Positions 26,882-32,000 of a stretch of DNA of 32,000 nt are shown piece by piece; positions within the stretch are counted from its first letter, which is position 1; each line of letters starts with the position of its first letter. The notes under the pieces were generated by a model. That model was not told the DNA's origin. It made no database searches and worked only from the letters and a program-made list of their open reading frames with translations. Both the position numbers and the translations under genes were made by a program. Source of the stretch: Candidatus Methanoperedens sp. (GTDB lineage Archaea; Halobacteriota; Methanosarcinia; Methanosarcinales; Methanoperedenaceae); the NCBI GenBank assembly GCA_027460535.1, contig JAPZAR010000010.1, forward strand, positions 90,001-122,000, read 5' to 3'.

Positions 26882-27520
26882 TCACTTGGGTTTTTCTTTC
26901 TTCAAGGCGGAAGATATCATGGAGCCGGCTGTCTTCACAACCATGTATGCCCCGCCCACTATCAATACCGCCGGGGCAGAAACTATACCTGCAGCAACAG
27001 TTATTCCCGCGCCTGCAAGCAAAGCCATGTCATGGTTCGTAAGGAAACGGGAAACCTTGTCAAGTGTTGAGGGTTCGATATCCACCGAGTCCGTTTCTAG
27101 CACGATGTCCCCTTTCTGGAATACCTTTATCCAGCCGCTTTCCTCTGAAACCAGTACCGCCGTGATTGAATCATCGAATAAAGTTATACCTTTTGCAGCA
27201 GCATGTTTTGTTCCAAAACCGAGAAGTGTTTCTGATCTCAATATCCTTGAACCATATGCTACCAATTCCCCATGAGGTGTAAAGATCACGGCTCCGTCAA
27301 GAGTAGCCAGCTTTTCCACAACAGAATCCATTCCTCTGGTGAGGAGATTATCGGCAAACTGTAACTGGGGATAATGCGGCCTGTAATTACCCTGGATCTT
27401 TTCCCTGTCCGCAATGACAAAAAGAGCGCCCTGTTTTTCCTTGGCGAGGGCCTTTGAGATATTAAGGATAACCCGCATTACCTCAGGCTTAATATCCTTA
27501 TTCTTGTCAACATTATCCAT
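26882..27520 (-). CDS. DisA_N/DAC (diadenylate cyclase)-like domain protein with a C-terminal membrane anchor and a degenerate RHR motif
   Basis: GALFVIADRE, LDGAVIF..HGELVAYG and GFGTKHAAAKGIT...AVLVSEESGWIKVFQKGD line up with CdaA-type blocks GALIVIERE, HDGAVI and GTRHRAAxGIS...IVSEETG. RHR is replaced by KHA. The C-terminal ~45 aa are hydrophobic (ALLAGAGITVAAGIVSAPAVLIVGGAYMVV). Confidence 0.7.
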   Translation of the reverse strand: MDNVDKNKDIKPEVMRVILNISKALAKEKQGALFVIADREKIQGNYRPHYPQLQFADNLLTRGMDSVVEKLATLDGAVIFTPHGELVAYGSRILRSETLLGFGTKHAAAKGITLFDDSITAVLVSEESGWIKVFQKGDIVLETDSVDIEPSTLDKVSRFLTNHDMALLAGAGITVAAGIVSAPAVLIVGGAYMVVKTAGSMISSALKKEKPK

Positions 27521-27596
27521 TGGTATCTACAGGTAATCAAGATATGTTATAAGTTTTGGTGAGGGTATTTTCCACAGGTTTTCTCAGACCTTGAAT

Positions 27597-30500
27597 TCAA
27601 TTCAACTTGATCCCCGTAATACTCGAAATATTGTTCTCCTGCATTGCCACGCCTACTGTCCTCCTGGCAGCCTCTATCATCGGCTTTCTGAGCGAAACCA
27701 CAATGAACTGGGCTTTCGCCGCGGATTTCTGGATTCGCCTGGCCACCCTTTCCGCATTCACGCCATCAAGGAACATATCTATCTCGTCAAATGCATAGAA
27801 AGGAGCGGGTCTATATTGCTGGATTGCAAAAAGAAGCGACAAAGCGGTCAGGCTTTTCTCTCCCCCTGACATTGCCTCAAGGCGCTGCAGGGTTTTTTCC
27901 GATGGTCGGGCCTTTATCGTCATCCCGCCTGAAAATGGCTCGTCGGGCTTTTCAAGGAAAAGTTCACCGCTTCCATCGGACAGCTCCGCAAAGACCTGTT
28001 TGAATTGTTCATTCACTCCCTTGAAGCTGTTCATGAACGCCTCCTTTTTCATCTCTTCGCATTTCTTGATGCGCACCAGTATCTCTTCTCTCTCATGGAA
28101 CAGGATATCGCGCCGTGATTTTAGGTCCTTCTGCCTGTTGTCAACCTCATTGTACTCATCGATCGCCCTCATGTTAACAGGTTCAAGCTTCTCCATCGCC
28201 CGCGTGAGCGCCGAGATCCTGGAAGCGATGGATTCAGATGACGGTATCTCTTCATCCCGGTTCAAGCCTCGCTCCGCGATCTCATTATCAAGGCCGATGA
28301 TCTGCTCGGTGAGCGCATCTTTTGTTGAGGTCAGGGCAAGAATGTTCCTTTCCAGTTCGTTCAACAGCCTCTGGACATCCTCAAGCCTTTCTTTAAGCGA
28401 TGAATATTCTTTTTGAACCTGTTCCCGATTATTTTGAAGTTCAAGGAGTTCGCCTCCGAGCTCTTTTTCCCTGATCTTCTTCAAGTTCAGGTCGGATTCC
28501 AGTGTTCTGGCCAGCTCTCGCTGGGCATTTATCTTATCCCTGATAACACCCTTCTTAGCGTCGAGAAGAGAAAGCCGCTCCTTTGTCTCATTTATTTTCT
28601 CCAGGGCATATTTCCTGTCAAGTGTTATGGCATTTAACCCTGCTTCGATATCCCGCAGCCTTGATTCAAATCGGTCGATCTCTTCCTCTATCCGGGATGC
28701 CTTGGCACCCAGCTCCGGGACTTCCGAGCCTTTCAGGAGCGCTTCGATCTTGCTGATTTCCTCTAATATTGTATTGATCACTGCATCCTTTTCGCGCTTT
28801 TGTTCCTCGATGCCATCCATCTGCTTCTTTATCTCGATGCGGGAATCCTCGATTTCCTTGATCTGTTTTCTTCTGGTTTCCATTATTTCTGCAAGCCTCG
28901 TTCCTCTGCTCTTGATCTCTACCATCTGCAGTTCAAGCTTCGTTATTTCATTATCGTAGTTCCTCAATTCGGTCTTGATCTCCTCAAGATGCCCTTCGAG
29001 TTTTTCGAATTTGGATACGGCGGACTTACGCCTCCCCTCGTATTCCGCTATCTGCTCAGCTATCTTCTTCAGGTTTTCCTCCTCCCCGCTTGCAAAAGTG
29101 AGCTTAGACCTGATAGTACCTCCCGTCATTGCACCGGCTTTCTCTATCAGTTCGCCGTCAAGCGTGACCAGCCGTTTCCCACCCATCATCTTCCTTGCGG
29201 TTGTCAGATGGTCTGTTACTAAAGTATCGCGGAAAACGTACCAGAATGCAGGGTCAAGCTTCTTATCAAAATCAACAAGGTTGATGGCGTAATCAATGAC
29301 ACCTTCCTTTTCCTTTTTTGAAAGGGGCTGAATTGCCTCCATTTTATTGAGAGGCAAGAACGTCACTCTGCCAAGACGTCTTTCTTTCAAATATGTAATA
29401 GCCCTGGCAGCGTCCTCATCATTATCCACCACTACTGCCTGCATCCTTGATCCCGCCGCGATCTCAAGGGCTGTGGCATATTCTTTATCAACTTTCCCAA
29501 GTTCTGCTATCGTACCGTAGATTCCCGGGAGCTCCTTGTTTTTCTTTGCGCGAAGTATCGAATCGACCGGCTCGCTGTAGCTCATATCTTTTGCCATCTT
29601 GATACGCGCTTCTGATTTGGCATACTCCTGCTGGAACGTCCGGAGCTGGCTCTCCAGGTCGCTTATCACGCTTTTGATCTGCACCCTGTTTTTCTCAAGA
29701 TCAAATATGTCCTTCGCAATTTCCCGCTTTTTCGCATTTATCTCTTCTACTTGCGTTTTTACATTACCGGCATCAAAATCAGCGGATTGTATCCTGGACA
29801 GGGAATCTTCTATCTCAAGTTCCATATCCCGTGCTTCTGATGACTTCCGCCGTATCGCATCAAGCAGCCTGTCCTCCTCGCGCATGAGTTCATTCTTGCC
29901 GGTTTTGAGGGATTCGAGTTCTGCTTTTCGCTCAGCAAGCTTATCCCGGGTTTCGACAAATTGAGCATCGACTTCTGCAATCCTGCTCTTTACCACCAGA
30001 AGCTGTGTATTTTTGTCGTTAAGCTCATTTGAGAGCGTTTCAATTCTTAGGTTTTCTTCATTCAATTTGGTGTCATGTTCTGCTACCCTTCCCTGGGTTG
30101 AATCTACTTCCAGGAAGGATTTTCTTCGCTGGGATTCGATATCATTTATTTCGTTTTCCGCAAGTTCTATGGTGCCGAAGCAGCGGGATATCTCACCCTT
30201 GATGGATTCGATGTCTTTCCTGAGGGCGATCTGTTCGCCTTCACCTTTCTGCATTATAGCGGAATTCAGGTTAGCGAGTTTTTCTTCGATCCCACTGAGC
30301 TCGTTCCTGCGCTCTTCCACCAGTTTTACAAGTTCCTCTCTCCTCGTCTCCTTATCACGCATCTCTCCCGTGATTTTCTCCTGTTCGTTCCTTGCATCTT
30401 TGAGCTTCGCCAGCAGAACGTATCCCTCATATTTTCGTTTCTCGTCCCTGAGAGATTGGTATTTCAAAGCCTGGTCGCGTTCCTGCTGGAGCCTGGCCAG

Positions 30501-31106
30501 CTGGTCATACACTTCTGCCAGTATGATATCCACGCGTTCTATGCGCTCCCTGACGATCTCAAGCTCGTTCATGGCCTGGTCTTTTTTCTCATCAAATTCT
30601 GCCACACCTGCTATCTCATCGATTATCTTCCGTCTCTCTGTGGCGGTCATCTCTATGATCCGTGTGACATCCCCCTGCATCACAACGTTGTAACCTTCAG
30701 GCGTTATTTTGGCCCGGGAGAGATGGTTATGAATATCCGTCAGGCTGACTGGCGTATCATTAAAATAATAGTAACTGTAATATCCAGTTTCGGTCTGCCT
30801 CACTTTGCGCGTAATTACGATCTCATCAGAATCCACCGGCATCTCGCGGTCGGTATTATCAAAACGGATCGTGACCTGGGCATAATCTTTTCTCCCCTTA
30901 TCGGCATTGTATATAAGGTCTGTGAGTTTCTCGGCCCTCATCACCCTTGAATTTGAAAGACCGAGGGCGAAAAGGATACCGTCGATAATATTGGATTTGC
31001 CGCTTCCGTTTGGTCCTGAAATAGTGGTGAAATCATCAAAAAAAGGGATTTTTACTTTTTTACCGAAGGATTTGAAGTTTTGAAGTTCTATCTCTTTGAT
31101 ATGCAA
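27597..31106 (-). CDS. smc: Chromosome segregation protein SMC
   Basis: 1169 aa. N-terminal FKSFG...ISGPNGSGKSNIIDGI (Walker A), long coiled coils, a central hinge (GIYGTIAELG...RVTFLPLN), and C-terminal LSGGEKSLTALSLLFAI plus FYAFDEIDMFLD (signature and Walker B) are all present. Confidence 0.95.
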   Translation of the reverse strand: MHIKEIELQNFKSFGKKVKIPFFDDFTTISGPNGSGKSNIIDGILFALGLSNSRVMRAEKLTDLIYNADKGRKDYAQVTIRFDNTDREMPVDSDEIVITRKVRQTETGYYSYYYFNDTPVSLTDIHNHLSRAKITPEGYNVVMQGDVTRIIEMTATERRKIIDEIAGVAEFDEKKDQAMNELEIVRERIERVDIILAEVYDQLARLQQERDQALKYQSLRDEKRKYEGYVLLAKLKDARNEQEKITGEMRDKETRREELVKLVEERRNELSGIEEKLANLNSAIMQKGEGEQIALRKDIESIKGEISRCFGTIELAENEINDIESQRRKSFLEVDSTQGRVAEHDTKLNEENLRIETLSNELNDKNTQLLVVKSRIAEVDAQFVETRDKLAERKAELESLKTGKNELMREEDRLLDAIRRKSSEARDMELEIEDSLSRIQSADFDAGNVKTQVEEINAKKREIAKDIFDLEKNRVQIKSVISDLESQLRTFQQEYAKSEARIKMAKDMSYSEPVDSILRAKKNKELPGIYGTIAELGKVDKEYATALEIAAGSRMQAVVVDNDEDAARAITYLKERRLGRVTFLPLNKMEAIQPLSKKEKEGVIDYAINLVDFDKKLDPAFWYVFRDTLVTDHLTTARKMMGGKRLVTLDGELIEKAGAMTGGTIRSKLTFASGEEENLKKIAEQIAEYEGRRKSAVSKFEKLEGHLEEIKTELRNYDNEITKLELQMVEIKSRGTRLAEIMETRRKQIKEIEDSRIEIKKQMDGIEEQKREKDAVINTILEEISKIEALLKGSEVPELGAKASRIEEEIDRFESRLRDIEAGLNAITLDRKYALEKINETKERLSLLDAKKGVIRDKINAQRELARTLESDLNLKKIREKELGGELLELQNNREQVQKEYSSLKERLEDVQRLLNELERNILALTSTKDALTEQIIGLDNEIAERGLNRDEEIPSSESIASRISALTRAMEKLEPVNMRAIDEYNEVDNRQKDLKSRRDILFHEREEILVRIKKCEEMKKEAFMNSFKGVNEQFKQVFAELSDGSGELFLEKPDEPFSGGMTIKARPSEKTLQRLEAMSGGEKSLTALSLLFAIQQYRPAPFYAFDEIDMFLDGVNAERVARRIQKSAAKAQFIVVSLRKPMIEAARRTVGVAMQENNISSITGIKLN

Positions 31107-31109
31107 TAT

Positions 31110-31790
31110 TTACCTCTTTTTAGGAGTTTCAAATATTACCACACCTTCCTTCACGCTTTCACTTTTCCTGACCTCTTGCCTTTTTAAAGGTTTTTCTTCC
31201 GGCTTATTCTCCGATCTGGCCGGTACGTCATCTGCTTCTATGATAGCCTGCTGTTTTCTCTTATCTTTGGGCACGTAATTCTCAGCGATTATGTACTCGC
31301 CTTTTGGCCTTGGCTTCTCCAGAGGCTTTACCTCTTCCCTGGGTTTTGTCTCTTTGGGCTTCGGCTCTTCCCTAACCGCGGGCGGTTTTTTGGGCTTGAG
31401 TTCCTGGAGTATGGATTTCTGGTCAAGAAGCTCTTTCATGACACCATCATAAGAGCTGTTAAGTTCCATGAGACGCCTTTCTATCCGTTCCATCCTTTTT
31501 TCAGCTTCCCGGAGAACATCTGTCTCGGACTTTCGCTGTTCAAGCACTGAGTCCCTGAGGGATTTATTCATCTCTATGATCTCACTCGCCTTTTCACCAA
31601 ATTTTTGCCTGAGATCATCCAGAGTGGATTCCCGAAGCTTGATCTTATCAGTGAACCTTTTTTCCATTTCAGCGATGATGGATTCCCGCCAGGATTCCTG
31701 CATCTTTTCTATCTCCAAGTCCCGGGCCGCCAGTTTTTGCTCAAGCCTCTCAATTATAATATCCCTTTCAGTGCTCATCTTTTCCCTCAT
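31110..31790 (-). CDS. Coiled-coil protein with a Pro/Lys/Glu-rich C-terminal half, immediately upstream of smc
   Basis: 226 aa (or 222 aa from the ATG at 31778, which has GAGGGA upstream). The N-terminal ~125 aa are heptad-like. Then comes KPKKPPAVREEPKPKETKPREEVKPLEKPRPKGE. The stop is 3 nt before the smc ATG. Confidence 0.65.
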   Translation of the reverse strand: MREKMSTERDIIIERLEQKLAARDLEIEKMQESWRESIIAEMEKRFTDKIKLRESTLDDLRQKFGEKASEIIEMNKSLRDSVLEQRKSETDVLREAEKRMERIERRLMELNSSYDGVMKELLDQKSILQELKPKKPPAVREEPKPKETKPREEVKPLEKPRPKGEYIIAENYVPKDKRKQQAIIEADDVPARSENKPEEKPLKRQEVRKSESVKEGVVIFETPKKR

Positions 31791-31872
31791 TCTCTAAACA
31801 GTGGAAGCAGTCAAATAGATTTTGGTAGATCTGACTTTTTCATATTAGTCATATCCTATTAAGTTAAATATT

Positions 31873-32000
31873 TTATGGGGACAATCGTTTCCTGTCCCGC
31901 GGGAACAGCACGACCTCGCGGATATTCTCGATATCCAGCATTGTCATGAGAAGCCGTTCCGCTCCCAGGCCCCAGCCCGCATGCGGCGGCATGCCGAACT
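31873..32000 (-). CDS. aspS: Aspartyl-tRNA synthetase (class IIb aaRS), C-terminal fragment; gene continues beyond the right edge
   Basis: The minus-strand translation is ...[41 protein letters not shown]. This is the class II motif-3 region, typical of archaeal AspRS (Asp versus Asn specificity not provable from 41 aa). It is too short for the ORF track. Confidence 0.75.
   Translation of the reverse strand, partial: FGMPPHAGWGLGAERLLMTMLDIENIREVVLFPRDRKRLSP

Noticed and set aside
27591-31278. Many Ser/Phe/Leu-rich plus-strand ORFs (for example 30013..30693, 28000..28416, 29599..29964).
   Set aside because: They are the typical antisense shadow of a Glu/Lys/Leu-rich coiled-coil gene (smc). 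They are low-complexity and lie wholly inside smc.

Overview
Archaeal chromosomal window with about 30 protein genes. I found no rRNA, tRNA or CRISPR array by eye. It probably comes from a Methanosarcinales/ANME-like euryarchaeon. That is an inference I could not check by search, based on the archaeal L18e-L13 ribosomal pair at the left edge, SMC, a JAMM/MPN protein, a CbiMNQO-type ECF metal importer, AT-rich TATA-like promoter blocks and GGAGG Shine-Dalgarno sites. Housekeeping content: rpl18e/rpl13, an M42 aminopeptidase, a MutS-family ATPase, an ABC-2 exporter, pyrB-pyrI, dapF, smc and aspS (right edge). Unusual content: (1) At 22.3-24.3 kb, two tandem cassettes share a ~305-nt leader (about 96-97% identical by hand alignment) and a hairpin-terminator tail, yet flank two apparently unrelated signal-peptide ORFs. 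This is my best candidate for something undescribed (a structured leader RNA or cassette exchange). (2) A ~2.4-kb low-GC islet (about 4.6-7.05 kb) is bounded by a 14/15-nt inverted repeat, carries two membrane proteins and sits between two GcvH-like genes. (3) A radical-SAM gene, a barrel-sandwich-hybrid-like protein and two GcvH paralogues cluster with no glycine-cleavage P/T/L genes in view. (4) A CbiO ATPase has a ~165-aa extra C-terminal domain; the operon is divergent from a B12-binding radical SAM gene, which is followed by a phytoene-desaturase-like flavoprotein. (5) A 767-aa multidomain secreted protein is tightly coupled to a 72-aa lipoprotein. (6) A C-terminally membrane-anchored diadenylate-cyclase-like protein with a degenerate RHR motif lies next to smc. 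All functional calls rest on motif recognition by eye; none was verified by database search.
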